In this document: in pieces, positions 7,390 to 16,140 of the stretch
Layout of the letters: every line of letters begins with the position of its first letter
How positions within the stretch are numbered: position 1 is the stretch's first letter
Sequence record: OL960577.1
DNA: 64,000 nucleotides
From: Escherichia phage vB_EcoM_SA35RD
Strand: one strand, 5' to 3'
The notes under the pieces: model-generated
Told to the model about the DNA's origin: nothing
Databases searched by the model: none
The model's input: the letters and a program-made list of their open reading frames with translations, nothing else
Position numbers and translations under genes: made by a program

Positions 7390-7954
7390 ATTCTCTACAT
7401 TCCATAATAAATTGCTCAAGGATTAAATTGTTAGTGAAATTAGGACTAACAACCATAGTTTCATAAAGCGCATCAATAGCACTTAAAGCATCAACTCTTT
7501 TAAGCAAAGGCTTGCCTTCATACATAGTTTCAGAATCGACGATTAAAGTGAAGTAGTATTTTTTATTATTGGCCAGAACTTCTGTATCAATATAAAACAT
7601 GTTAGACCTTAAAAGCTTGTCTCTAAAGCCTACGTAATCATCTGAACGTTCACTGATATATTCCCATTCGGTGTTTAAACAACAAACAGACCACGTAGGA
7701 GCAACGAAATCAGTGAATCTAATATCATGGTCTGCAACTAGTTTAGCAATAGCTCCGATATCATGAATCATAATACCTGGGGCTAATAAAGATTTTCGGT
7801 TATTTGCATATTCAGTTGTCTCATAAGAAGACGACCAGTACCATTTACGTCCAGTTGCAACATATCGTAATGAATCAACTAAAGACGTAGGTGGATTTAC
7901 CTTATCTCGGAACTCTTCGAACATTGAGTCAATATCATTATTTTGGTTTCGCAT
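7358..7954 (-). CDS. hypothetical protein with FIxECR motif near C-terminus
   Basis: Start at ATG 7954 with SD AAGGAG; ...EQFIMECREYVKANPIHAK; 3' end overlaps the next gene by 32 nt. Confidence 0.6.
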   Translation of the reverse strand: MRNQNNDIDSMFEEFRDKVNPPTSLVDSLRYVATGRKWYWSSSYETTEYANNRKSLLAPGIMIHDIGAIAKLVADHDIRFTDFVAPTWSVCCLNTEWEYISERSDDYVGFRDKLLRSNMFYIDTEVLANNKKYYFTLIVDSETMYEGKPLLKRVDALSAIDALYETMVVSPNFTNNLILEQFIMECREYVKANPIHAK

Positions 7955-7973
7955 GTTAACTCCTTTATTATCC

Positions 7974-7995
7974 AAAAGGAGGACCGGGGTCCTCC
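7974..7995 (-). terminator. rho-independent terminator
   Basis: GGAGGAC-CGGG-GTCCTCC hairpin followed by TTTT on the minus strand, just after the stop of the 8004..8597 gene. Confidence 0.6.
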
Positions 7996-8003
7996 GTATT
8001 ATT

Positions 8004-8597
8004 TTATTTCAAAGAGTTAATATATTCTTGTACATCAGCAGAAGTGGTTTCGACACCTGCTGGAGTGCCATTGAACGTTTCAACCCGAGTCAGAGTGTCT
8101 TCGATATCAACCTTAGTCAGTGCAGCGATTTCAATTACATCATCGGCCGTAGAGATACCAAGGGCATTAGCTGCTCGAGTTTCACGAATGTATTCGAGTT
8201 TGATTGCCAGATTCTGACGAGCATCATCAAGTTCAACCACCTTACGAGCAATTTCAATTCGCATAGCGGCATACCCGTCAGCTTTTGTATTAAGTTGTTC
8301 GGCAGTTCGACGATACAGAAGACCAAGCTTAGCATGCATGGTAACATCTTGTCCTTCAGCCAGGAGCTTACGAATTTCACGTTCCTTAGAAGCGGCTTGC
8401 TTGTTCTTTTCAATAACAAGTTCGCGAATACGTTTTTCTTCATTAATAGATTTAACAGAAGCCGTTTTTAGTTCTTTGATTTGGGTAATCAACTTATCTG
8501 CAGCTGCGTTATACTGTTCTTCGACAGTCAGATTTTTAGCCATAGCAGTACCCAGTTTAGTGCGAATGAATTCAACAAGTTTCTTCAGTGTGTTCAT
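8004..8597 (-). CDS. coiled-coil protein, PspA/IM30-like (tentative)
   Basis: 197 aa; heptad-rich and Ala/Glu/Lys/Arg-rich; layout resembles PspA as recalled; early promoter at 8639..8668; terminator at 7974..7995. Confidence 0.6.
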   Translation of the reverse strand: MNTLKKLVEFIRTKLGTAMAKNLTVEEQYNAAADKLITQIKELKTASVKSINEEKRIRELVIEKNKQAASKEREIRKLLAEGQDVTMHAKLGLLYRRTAEQLNTKADGYAAMRIEIARKVVELDDARQNLAIKLEYIRETRAANALGISTADDVIEIAALTKVDIEDTLTRVETFNGTPAGVETTSADVQEYINSLK

Positions 8598-8638
8598 ATT
8601 ATTACCTTTCAATTGGTGGTTTATTATCCAACGAGAGC

Positions 8639-8668
8639 ATTATACTCTGCTCTCAAGAGTTTGTACAC
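8639..8668 (-). promoter_or_regulatory. early promoter cassette (PeSL-like)
   Basis: -35 GTGTAC, 18 bp, -10 TATAAT; inverted repeat GAGAGC/GCTCTC (8633..8638 and 8649..8654). Confidence 0.55.
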
Positions 8669-8917
8669 TTATTTGTACGAATTAATAATCTCTTCCATTT
8701 TATCCAGAACATGGATATCGATTATACGAGGAAGTGCCGAAAGATTAGAACCGTCGAAAGATTTAAGGTCTTCCAAAATAATATTTTCAATGGCCTTTAA
8801 AGCTTCCGCAGATTCTGATGCAGAATTAAATTCAGGAATTTCTCCAAAAAGACGTAAGAATGAACCAAAGTATTCTGCGGCGATTTCTTTAGCTTGTTCG
8901 ATATCAGACTTAAACAT
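8669..8917 (-). CDS. hypothetical small acidic protein
   Basis: Start at ATG 8917 (MFKSDIEQ), chosen because the promoter -10 at 8946..8951 lies inside the longer ORF. Confidence 0.5.
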   Translation of the reverse strand: MFKSDIEQAKEIAAEYFGSFLRLFGEIPEFNSASESAEALKAIENIILEDLKSFDGSNLSALPRIIDIHVLDKMEEIINSYK

Positions 8918-8945
8918 TTTGTTTTCCTCATTTGTTGGTGGAGTA

Positions 8946-8975
8946 ATCATATCACCATCCTTGGCGTTTGTACAT
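8946..8975 (-). promoter_or_regulatory. early promoter candidate (weaker match)
   Basis: -35 ATGTAC, 18 bp, -10 TATGAT. Confidence 0.35.
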
Positions 8976-9202
8976 TATTTTTTAATCAAGTTGACATAAA
9001 ATTCTGCATCTTCAGGGTGCATGCCTTCGCAGTATTCTTCAACCATGAACTTCTTAACAGCTTCATAAGGACCACTCAGATTAAGCTCAGTTGTCCAGAA
9101 CTTGGAATCTTGGACTGAATCGATATGAACTTCAGGGTGTCGGTTGCGAATAACTTCTTCGGTGTATTCATAATCAACGACATCAATACTAACTTTAGCC
9201 AT
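8975..9202 (-). CDS. hypothetical small protein
   Basis: 75 aa ORF; SD GAGGAAAA; promoter at 9231..9260. Confidence 0.55.
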   Translation of the reverse strand: MAKVSIDVVDYEYTEEVIRNRHPEVHIDSVQDSKFWTTELNLSGPYEAVKKFMVEEYCEGMHPEDAEFYVNLIKK

Positions 9203-9230
9203 TTTATTTTCCTCTTGATTTGATGTGATT

Positions 9231-9260
9231 ACTATAACATAAACTTACTTAGATGTAAAT
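9231..9260 (-). promoter_or_regulatory. early promoter candidate
   Basis: -35 ATTTAC, 18 bp, -10 TATAGT. Confidence 0.4.
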
Positions 9261-9413
9261 TATTTCAACGTCACCTTTAGCTGCTTTATAACCTTCAGCC
9301 CAAGATACAACAGAGTTTTTATCCGAGGATTCAAATTCAGGCATTGGACTTTCACCAATATTCACACAGTATGTTTCTTCATTTTCATCGAACCAAATAA
9401 TTAAAGTAGTCAT
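9249..9413 (-). CDS. hypothetical small protein (54 aa, absent from the ORF track)
   Basis: Own translation MTTLIIWFDENEETYCVNIGESPMPEFESSDKNSVVSWAEGYKAAKGDVEIIYI; SD AGAGGAG; promoter at 9444..9473. Confidence 0.45.
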   Translation of the reverse strand: MTTLIIWFDENEETYCVNIGESPMPEFESSDKNSVVSWAEGYKAAKGDVEIIYI

Positions 9414-9443
9414 TTTGTTTACTCCTCTGTAGTTGATAAGTCT

Positions 9444-9473
9444 ATAGTATCACCATCCTTGGTGCTTGTACAT
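9444..9473 (-). promoter_or_regulatory. early promoter cassette, part of the 47-bp module shared with 45531..45577
   Basis: -35 ATGTAC, 18 bp, -10 TACTAT; block 9407..9453 is identical to 45531..45577. Confidence 0.5.
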
Positions 9474-9480
9474 CATTATT

Positions 9481-9786
9481 TTATTTTTTCCAACTCAACA
9501 ACTTGTAATGTCCTTCATTCGTACGTGGTTTATCCCAAGAAATACTAATATATGATTCGCTGTCAATAGAAGTCGCCGGGTTTTTCTCTACCGTAAGACC
9601 TTCACTTTCCAGCCATTCAATAGTATTTGCGCATAAATCGGAAGAACACCTCATCGGGAACCGGCAAGATTTTTCACCTTTAGATGCTGCATCGTACATC
9701 TTTTCCAAAATACGCTTTTGCACGTTTTTAAAAATAGTTTCAGCAGATTCTTCAGATTTTTTATTCAGTTCAGTGTAAAGACTCAT
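9481..9786 (-). CDS. hypothetical small protein
   Basis: 101 aa; promoter at 9815..9843; several Cys residues. Confidence 0.55.
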   Translation of the reverse strand: MSLYTELNKKSEESAETIFKNVQKRILEKMYDAASKGEKSCRFPMRCSSDLCANTIEWLESEGLTVEKNPATSIDSESYISISWDKPRTNEGHYKLLSWKK

Positions 9787-9814
9787 AACATTTTCCTCTA
9801 TGGTTGATAAGTCT

Positions 9815-9843
9815 ATAGTATCATGTCCTTAGAAGAAGTAAAC
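9815..9843 (-). promoter_or_regulatory. early promoter cassette
   Basis: -35 GTTTAC, 17 bp, -10 TACTAT; downstream TAGACTTATCAAC core shared with 9444 and 45568. Confidence 0.5.
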
Positions 9844-9876
9844 ATCTTTATGAAATATTTTTATGCCCTAGATACC

Positions 9877-9903
9877 AAAAGGCCCCAACCATAAGGAAGG
9901 GGC
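9877..9903 (-). terminator. rho-independent terminator
   Basis: GGCCCC/GGGGC stem followed by TTTT on the minus strand, after the 9910..10374 gene. Confidence 0.55.
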
Positions 9904-9909
9904 ATTCTA

Positions 9910-10374
9910 TTATTTAATTTGTTTAGCAGACCAGATACGGTCTTTAATAAGTTTTTGGATATCTTCAACATACTCAAGGCTATGAGCGTGAGGATTATCT
10001 TTGAAGCTATGTGCTCGTGCCAGTTTCTGGCCTTCTGTTTTGATTACTAAAAGCTCTTTAAGAATTGCTTCATACTTAGAAATAATTCCTTTGGCGATAT
10101 TTTTTTCTTGAGCTGCTTTAGGGTCTGTTTTTGGCGCAGGTGCTTTACCTGTAGCTTTCTGGAACAATTCACCTGATGCAGCTAGGCTTTTAAAAACTCG
10201 GCTAACAGTATTAGCATTAGTAAAACCTTCGGCTTTAAAATCTCTAATAAAACGGAAACGTTCTTCATCAGAGGCGTCTTTGTAAGAATATTTACCTGCT
10301 TGAATTGCTGCAATCGCAGCGGCTTTTACATCTGAACTAGATTGTTCAGTCAAAAATTCAGCGTATGATTTCAT
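9910..10374 (-). CDS. internal-protein-like (CTS-bearing) basic protein, 154 aa
   Basis: Starts MKSYAEFLTE (CTS-like); Lys/Ala-rich; flanked by rho-independent terminators at 9877..9903 and 10419..10447. Confidence 0.6.
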   Translation of the reverse strand: MKSYAEFLTEQSSSDVKAAAIAAIQAGKYSYKDASDEERFRFIRDFKAEGFTNANTVSRVFKSLAASGELFQKATGKAPAPKTDPKAAQEKNIAKGIISKYEAILKELLVIKTEGQKLARAHSFKDNPHAHSLEYVEDIQKLIKDRIWSAKQIK

Positions 10375-10418
10375 GTTGCTTTTCCTAAGTTAATTAACTT
10401 ATCTATTTATTATTATGC

Positions 10419-10447
10419 CAAAAAGCCCCGACCTTTCGGAAGGGGCT
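10419..10447 (-). terminator. rho-independent terminator closing the tRNA/structured-RNA transcription unit
   Basis: AGCCCC-loop-GGGGCT hairpin followed by TTTTT on the minus strand. Confidence 0.6.
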
Positions 10448-10454
10448 AAGCCTT

Positions 10455-10750
10455 GCGGCAACCTTGTCGGGGTTTCCACCTACTAAGGCAAGTGTTTGTA
10501 CGAAACGCCGGGATTCGAACCCGGTTATCAAGTAGTTGACGCTACTCAATATTTTTAAAAGGCCATATCTCGACCATATCCGAACGTTCCGTCAAAAACG
10601 CTACTCGGCTTACGGCAAAGATATTTCCTCGAATCGATAATTCGGTGCGCCGTTTCTGCTGTGATGTAAGGGGATATTAACAAATCGTAAAGATTTATTA
10701 AGACCAGTCCTTACTCAGGGAACATCAGTCCGACGACTTACCGGTAGCGA
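10455..10750 (-). ncRNA. candidate small stable RNA region (T4 rnaC/rnaD-like position), tRNA-like T-arm at 10508..10524
   Basis: About 300 bp without a credible ORF between the 10760 gene and the terminator at 10419..10447; contains CCGGG-TTCGAAT-CCCGG plus a 7-bp acceptor-like strand, but I could not complete a cloverleaf. Confidence 0.3.
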
Positions 10751-10759
10751 CCCGGCTTC

Positions 10760-11104
10760 TTATTTTGGCATATCATCAATTTGCTCTCGACGCCGACGCC
10801 ATAGATTAATCGCTTCATTAACACATTCGGCGTTTGGTATATGACGGCAATAATATAATGATTCGCGTTTCTGGAACCGATGTTGCAATGGAATTTCGTT
10901 TAAAAGGTCTTTACGGTCAAAGTATTCAAAACTAGTTAACCCAGAACGATTTTTAATGAACTTCCAATGTCCAAATTCATTTTGAACATAGATGTAATCG
11001 GCATGCTGATACAGCAAATTAATCAATCGATGAGAAATAACTGTATCATATTCGTTAAAATAAAACGTTAAATCATGAACTACCAGATAAATATTGCCTT
11101 TCAT
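10760..11104 (-). CDS. hypothetical protein between the tRNAs and the structured-RNA region
   Basis: Start at ATG 11104 (MKGNIYLVVHDL) with SD GAGGAAAA; the longer 11152 start would overlap tRNA-Arg. Confidence 0.45.
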   Translation of the reverse strand: MKGNIYLVVHDLTFYFNEYDTVISHRLINLLYQHADYIYVQNEFGHWKFIKNRSGLTSFEYFDRKDLLNEIPLQHRFQKRESLYYCRHIPNAECVNEAINLWRRRREQIDDMPK

Positions 11105-11122
11105 ATTTTCCTCACTTGAAGT

Positions 11123-11199
<77 letters not shown>

Positions 11200-11205
11200 A
11201 ATATA

Positions 11206-11279
11206 TGACCCAGACCAGATTCGAACTGGTAACCTTTCCCTTATGAGGGGACTGCTGCTAACCATTGAGCTACAGGGCC
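11206..11279 (-). tRNA. tRNA with anticodon CAU (Ile2 or Met type), no encoded CCA
   Basis: Manual fold: acceptor GGCCCTG/CTGGGTC (one U-U mismatch), anticodon loop CTCATAA, T-arm ACCAG-TTCGAAT-CTGGT; D-stem only 3 bp, so slightly irregular. Confidence 0.6.
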
Positions 11280-11341
11280 TAAATAACTTTCTATTATGAA
11301 AGGCACTTTAGAGCACCTTTGGTAATAGAGGGTATGAATTA

Positions 11342-11366
11342 ATAATATCACATTATTCTTAAAGCA
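11342..11366 (-). promoter_or_regulatory. candidate MotA-dependent middle promoter upstream of the tRNA genes
   Basis: Minus-strand MotA box TGCTTTA (11360..11366), 12 bp, -10 TATTAT. Confidence 0.35.
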
Positions 11367-11874
11367 AATCAATCATTTTAACAGTCGGCAAAACGATTTC
11401 TTCTTCAATATAAGCGAATTCAACACGTTCAACTACACGCAAGAAATCATAGTCGTAGTATTCAGAAGCATAGCCAAGAATATCAATAAGGCCTTTGGAT
11501 ACCTCATCACCTTTCACAAAGAACAGGTCGAATACACGGGCTTCGTCTTCTTCAGATTTATCGCCAAGGTCAACTTCAATACCAAAGACCTTTTTAATGA
11601 ATTCCGGCTGGAGCTGGTCAGAGAACAGTCCTTCAACCAGATATTCGTAGATAATAAGCGAGCAACGACCGAATGGCGTATTACCACAGTAACGTTCGGC
11701 TTTAGTGCTGGAATGACGACTCTTAAATTTCTTCAAGAGATATTTAAACTGTTGGAGCTCATGCTCTTCTACACCAAATAATGTTTTGGTTTTATAGTTG
11801 TCACCGTCATTTTCCCAAGTAGTGACATCAATTACGTAACCCTTAGGAATTGTACTGCCTAAACAAATATTCAT
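11359..11874 (-). CDS. hypothetical protein, 171 aa
   Basis: ORF upstream of the tRNA pair; acidic; no recognised motif. Confidence 0.6.
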   Translation of the reverse strand: MNICLGSTIPKGYVIDVTTWENDGDNYKTKTLFGVEEHELQQFKYLLKKFKSRHSSTKAERYCGNTPFGRCSLIIYEYLVEGLFSDQLQPEFIKKVFGIEVDLGDKSEEDEARVFDLFFVKGDEVSKGLIDILGYASEYYDYDFLRVVERVEFAYIEEEIVLPTVKMIDLL

Positions 11875-11878
11875 TTAC

Positions 11879-12169
11879 TCACCTTACCATATTAATGTAA
11901 TTATATTCAATGCAACGCAATTTCAAAGGATTCTTGAAAATATCATATTCAAGAGGGCCTTTTTCTGTTTCAATAAAGAAATCAAAGTTAACTGTGTTAA
12001 ATTTATCATCTTCACATAGTAATTTAACCTGTGAAGATGAACGGTCGATATAAACCTTTTCAACCTCAAAGTTAGTCAGAATACCGTAGTCATCGACTAG
12101 TGCTTTAGCTGCACGTTGATCGCTTTCATATCCATTCTCAATGGACGATACTTTAGCATAAAGAATCAT
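11879..12169 (-). CDS. hypothetical protein, 96 aa
   Basis: ORF tightly packed with neighbours. Confidence 0.55.
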   Translation of the reverse strand: MILYAKVSSIENGYESDQRAAKALVDDYGILTNFEVEKVYIDRSSSQVKLLCEDDKFNTVNFDFFIETEKGPLEYDIFKNPLKLRCIEYNYINMVR

Positions 12170-12528
12170 GAATGTTCCACCACTTCAAAAGTATGTGCAC
12201 TGACAATCTGGTACCAGTCAAAATTTTCTTCAGCATTTTTGTAGATTTCACGAAGAGCTTCAACAGTTTTTCCTGTAGCAACAAGGTCGTCAATACCACC
12301 AAGAGGATAACAGTCATAACCAGCAAACAGAAGGAAATTAATAGTTTCTGTAGGTTCTTGATGCAGTGTACCATTGTCATCGACTACTTCAAAGAACATA
12401 TAACCAGGCGATTTAGATTTAATCCAAGCCCATGCTTGAGCTGCTGAATCAAATGGTTTGCGTATCAAACGACAATCAGGATCTTTAGAAGGATTTGCTT
12501 CAAAATCCGCATATACGTGATATTTCAT
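12166..12528 (-). CDS. hypothetical protein, 120 aa
   Basis: Start at ATG 12528 (MKYHVYADFE), abutting the upstream stop. Confidence 0.5.
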   Translation of the reverse strand: MKYHVYADFEANPSKDPDCRLIRKPFDSAAQAWAWIKSKSPGYMFFEVVDDNGTLHQEPTETINFLLFAGYDCYPLGGIDDLVATGKTVEALREIYKNAEENFDWYQIVSAHTFEVVEHS

Positions 12529-12529
12529 T

Positions 12530-12736
12530 TTACTCACCTTTTGCAATTTTATCCATAACAATAGCGATTAAACCGATTAGAAATGCTACTACCAATGAGA
12601 TAGAATTTTCGGTTGTTGTCAGTAGTCCGCAAATGAATCCTACAAACATCGAAAAACTAAAAGCCATTGAAGCAATTACTACAGCAACATTACGAATCAG
12701 TTCAGCGCGTTTCATTTTATTTCTCCATTTACTCAT
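12530..12736 (-). CDS. small membrane protein, 68 aa
   Basis: Basic N-terminus then VAVVIASMAFSFSMFVGFICGLL and LVVAFLIGLIAIVM helices; promoter at 12754..12783. Confidence 0.55.
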   Translation of the reverse strand: MSKWRNKMKRAELIRNVAVVIASMAFSFSMFVGFICGLLTTTENSISLVVAFLIGLIAIVMDKIAKGE

Positions 12737-12753
12737 TTTGTTTTGATAGGACT

Positions 12754-12783
12754 ACTATAACATAGTCCTATCGTGTTGTAAAC
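12754..12783 (-). promoter_or_regulatory. early promoter cassette (PeSL-like)
   Basis: -35 GTTTAC, 18 bp, -10 TATAGT; inverted repeat GATAGGACT/AGTCCTATC (12745..12753 and 12764..12772). Confidence 0.5.
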
Positions 12784-12786
12784 TAC

Positions 12787-13074
12787 TTACAGAAGAGTTT
12801 TTGCAATAATTTTAAGCTGAGCTACAGAAATGTGCTTAGTTTTAAACAGTGCAGTCTCTTCAGCCGGAGAGATAACAATAGTAGCGCCATCTTTCTTAGC
12901 AGACCATCCATCCCCTAAGTAAACAGTACCTTTTACTTCTTCGCCGTCAACCAGACTAATCATTGGTTTACCCTCACGTCCTTTATTTGCTTTAATAACT
13001 TCGGAAGTAAGGGTTGCTTCGGTTAGAGTAGAAACGTTAGCATCAGGTGATATAAATTCTTTATAGGTTTTCAT
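12787..13074 (-). CDS. ipI: internal protein I-like (CTS-bearing), 95 aa
   Basis: Starts MKTYKEFIS; sits immediately downstream of 57B as ipI does in T4; promoter at 13109..13138. Confidence 0.6.
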   Translation of the reverse strand: MKTYKEFISPDANVSTLTEATLTSEVIKANKGREGKPMISLVDGEEVKGTVYLGDGWSAKKDGATIVISPAEETALFKTKHISVAQLKIIAKTLL

Positions 13075-13108
13075 TTTATTTCCTTGAGGTCGTTTATTTG
13101 ATAGGATG

Positions 13109-13138
13109 ATAGTAACACGTCATCATCCTTATGTAAAC
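13109..13138 (-). promoter_or_regulatory. early promoter cassette (PeSL-like) upstream of the ipI-like gene
   Basis: -35 GTTTAC, 18 bp, -10 TACTAT; inverted repeat GGATGAT/ATCATCC. Confidence 0.5.
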
Positions 13139-13151
13139 TGTTTTGTGAAAA

Positions 13152-13837
<686 letters not shown>

Positions 13838-13841
13838 TTTA

Positions 13842-14576
13842 TTACCTTAAGATTGTTTCAATTTTAGAATAAAGCTCTTCTAAAGAGCCGTCGTTTGTAA
13901 TAACTAAATCGCCTTCTTCAATAGGCAACCCAGCTTCTGTAATATGTTTATCGGTGGATTCCGTACCAGAGCGAACCACATGAATAACTGTAGCACCCAT
14001 CGCTCTAGCGGTTTCCATTTCATGGACTTGGCGTGTATCGGTTACAACATAGTAATCGAAATCACTTCCAATATAATCCATATAATTTAATGCAAAAAGT
14101 TTAACCCAATACATACGGTCAAATAAATTAACGACAACATCCGTACCGAGGGCTTGCATAAGACGGCGGATTGACCATGTGTCGTTGATATTATTTATAG
14201 CTTCACGCAGGGCTTCATATGGTTTAATATCTAGATATGAATATCCACCTTCTAAGGATGATAATACTTTAACATTATTAATTGGTAAATATTGACTTTG
14301 TAAATAAATTAGCGCTTCTTCCATTAATTCAATAACATCCAACTTATTGATATTTAATGGCGTTTCACGGTCGTATCCAACACCTTCAAAGTATTCATAT
14401 TTCAACTCAGTGAATACATCAGGGTTTTCAGCATGTTTACGTCCCCAGGCTATTGCTAGAGCGTCTTTAATCGGATATGCCAATTGGTATTTTACGGATT
14501 TAAAGTTTGAATTGATGTAATCAGCAGTAGTGTCTTTACCACTACGTTTGATGCCACTTAAAAAGATTAGCTCCAT
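13842..14576 (-). CDS. 1: deoxynucleoside monophosphate kinase
   Basis: 244 aa; IFLSGIKRSGKDTTADYI P-loop; ...RRLMQALGTD...RMYWVKLFAL...HEM..ARAMGATVIHVVR closely matches T4 gp1. Confidence 0.95.
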   Translation of the reverse strand: MELIFLSGIKRSGKDTTADYINSNFKSVKYQLAYPIKDALAIAWGRKHAENPDVFTELKYEYFEGVGYDRETPLNINKLDVIELMEEALIYLQSQYLPINNVKVLSSLEGGYSYLDIKPYEALREAINNINDTWSIRRLMQALGTDVVVNLFDRMYWVKLFALNYMDYIGSDFDYYVVTDTRQVHEMETARAMGATVIHVVRSGTESTDKHITEAGLPIEEGDLVITNDGSLEELYSKIETILR

Positions 14577-14629
14577 AGGTTTTCCTCATATAATTTATGA
14601 GTGATTATAACATACGGAGCTAGAAGCGA

Positions 14630-15214
14630 TTAACGCAAGGAAGGGTGTCTAGAAATGGATTTAGATTCGGCTGCCTGACGTGGTTGTTGAGATACAATGA
14701 CTTCACCATCTTTTTCTATCGTCATATACGCATAGTGAATAGTTGCTACGCACGTAACAGCAGGGTCAGAGTCTTCAGTGTAACTAAATTCAATTTCACT
14801 CAAATCAGAAATCCATGGTTTATAGAAATTTGCCGTCAAAACGACTTCAGTCTTATTGTTGTTTAAAATGTGCAAAGTAACAAACTCAGGACCATCGGAG
14901 TGGGCCGTATTATGTCCGGTTATATAGTTATTAGTGCTGAGCATCCATTTATACATGTTCATCCAGGACGTCATGTCTTCATCAACTATAAATCGTACAA
15001 CAAAAGGGTCATATTCAAATGTGGTGCCTGCACGCATTGCACGTCCTAACCCCATTGTGCCTGTCACAGTTTCAACAACAGGAATTCTCACACCTGGCAA
15101 TGGAGCCGTTTGGGCATTGAGCACAAAACCCGAAGTTCGTGTACTATCTGGGATATCCACAACAAAGTTTGTTATATTTGTTTGGTTAAAAATCTGTCTC
15201 GCTGGACGAGTCAT
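14630..15214 (-). CDS. 3: tail completion / sheath stabiliser gp3 (assigned by position)
   Basis: ATG at 15214 with SD GAGG (the track's 15220 start is GTG); lies between genes 1 and 2 as in T4. Confidence 0.65.
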   Translation of the reverse strand: MTRPARQIFNQTNITNFVVDIPDSTRTSGFVLNAQTAPLPGVRIPVVETVTGTMGLGRAMRAGTTFEYDPFVVRFIVDEDMTSWMNMYKWMLSTNNYITGHNTAHSDGPEFVTLHILNNNKTEVVLTANFYKPWISDLSEIEFSYTEDSDPAVTCVATIHYAYMTIEKDGEVIVSQQPRQAAESKSISRHPSLR

Positions 15215-15316
15215 AAGCACCTCAAAAACGCTTTAATAAAAATGCAGTATAATGGTTTTAGGTCTCTTCCATTAATCCGGTTCAACAGAATATCGGAAGA
15301 ACGGAAGAGAATAGAA

Positions 15317-16138
15317 TTAAGATTTCCAAACAGTATTCGCAGAGAAACGTTTTCCTTTTGACATAAACTGCTGAGTAGGTAACATGATTATGTTAGCCCA
15401 GTCTTTAGGAGCTATTTCTGTTATTGTTCCTCTAATGTGGCCTGGCAGGTATGCTTTAATCATTTTGTCAGCACCTTGAAATCCTTTCACCTTGCTCCAG
15501 TCTATCTTCAACTTTGTGTTATTAGTAATAGTAGTTGTGCTAGCATATTGCTTCAGCAATTCTTCAAGAAACTGTTGTCGTGCTTTAGGTGGGATATAGT
15601 GCAAGTTTAACCCATACATCAAATTATGTTTACCTAATCCTAAATAAATAATCAAAGGATATCTGTCCCAATATGGCAGAGTATCTTTATGTTTAGCATC
15701 ATACACGTAAGTATAAATTTTGCCTGGCGTAGGCTTGACTACTTTATGACCTTTTACACTTTTCTTAATTGTTTCAACAAACCACTTAGATGATTTGTTG
15801 TTTACTGCTGCGCCTTCATTTCTAATCTTTTCTCGTATTGAACTGCGAAACGAGTTTATCATCAGAAGTTGACGTTCTTGCTTATTGAGTTTATTTTTAG
15901 GTTTAGATTCAAGCGTTTCAATTTTCTGTGCAGTCTTAATAGATGATGCATATCTAGACATTGCAGATGTAAACGACGAGTATTTTATTCCTTTTGATTC
16001 TGCAAATGCTTTTGCAGTGATTCCTTTCTCTTTAGCTTTCTTGTATTCTAATCCTATCTCAATCCATTTTCTTTCATTCATAGACTGAGCAATCTTAGGG
16101 GCTTGTACGCCTTCAGATATAATTTGGAATATGCTCAT
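15317..16138 (-). CDS. 2: DNA end-protector protein gp2
   Basis: 273 aa; basic; length and position match T4 gp2. Confidence 0.85.
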   Translation of the reverse strand: MSIFQIISEGVQAPKIAQSMNERKWIEIGLEYKKAKEKGITAKAFAESKGIKYSSFTSAMSRYASSIKTAQKIETLESKPKNKLNKQERQLLMINSFRSSIREKIRNEGAAVNNKSSKWFVETIKKSVKGHKVVKPTPGKIYTYVYDAKHKDTLPYWDRYPLIIYLGLGKHNLMYGLNLHYIPPKARQQFLEELLKQYASTTTITNNTKLKIDWSKVKGFQGADKMIKAYLPGHIRGTITEIAPKDWANIIMLPTQQFMSKGKRFSANTVWKS

Positions 16139-16140
16139 AA

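Noticed and set aside
10496-10590. Possible third tRNA suggested by the T-arm CCGGG-TTCGAAT-CCCGG
   Set aside because: No complementary 5' acceptor strand or anticodon arm could be found by hand; kept only as part of a candidate structured-RNA region.
14604-14629. Possible middle promoter upstream of gene 1 (CGCTTCTA, 11 bp, TATAAT)
   Set aside because: The box deviates from the TGCTT(T/C)A MotA consensus and the spacing is short; not reported as a feature.
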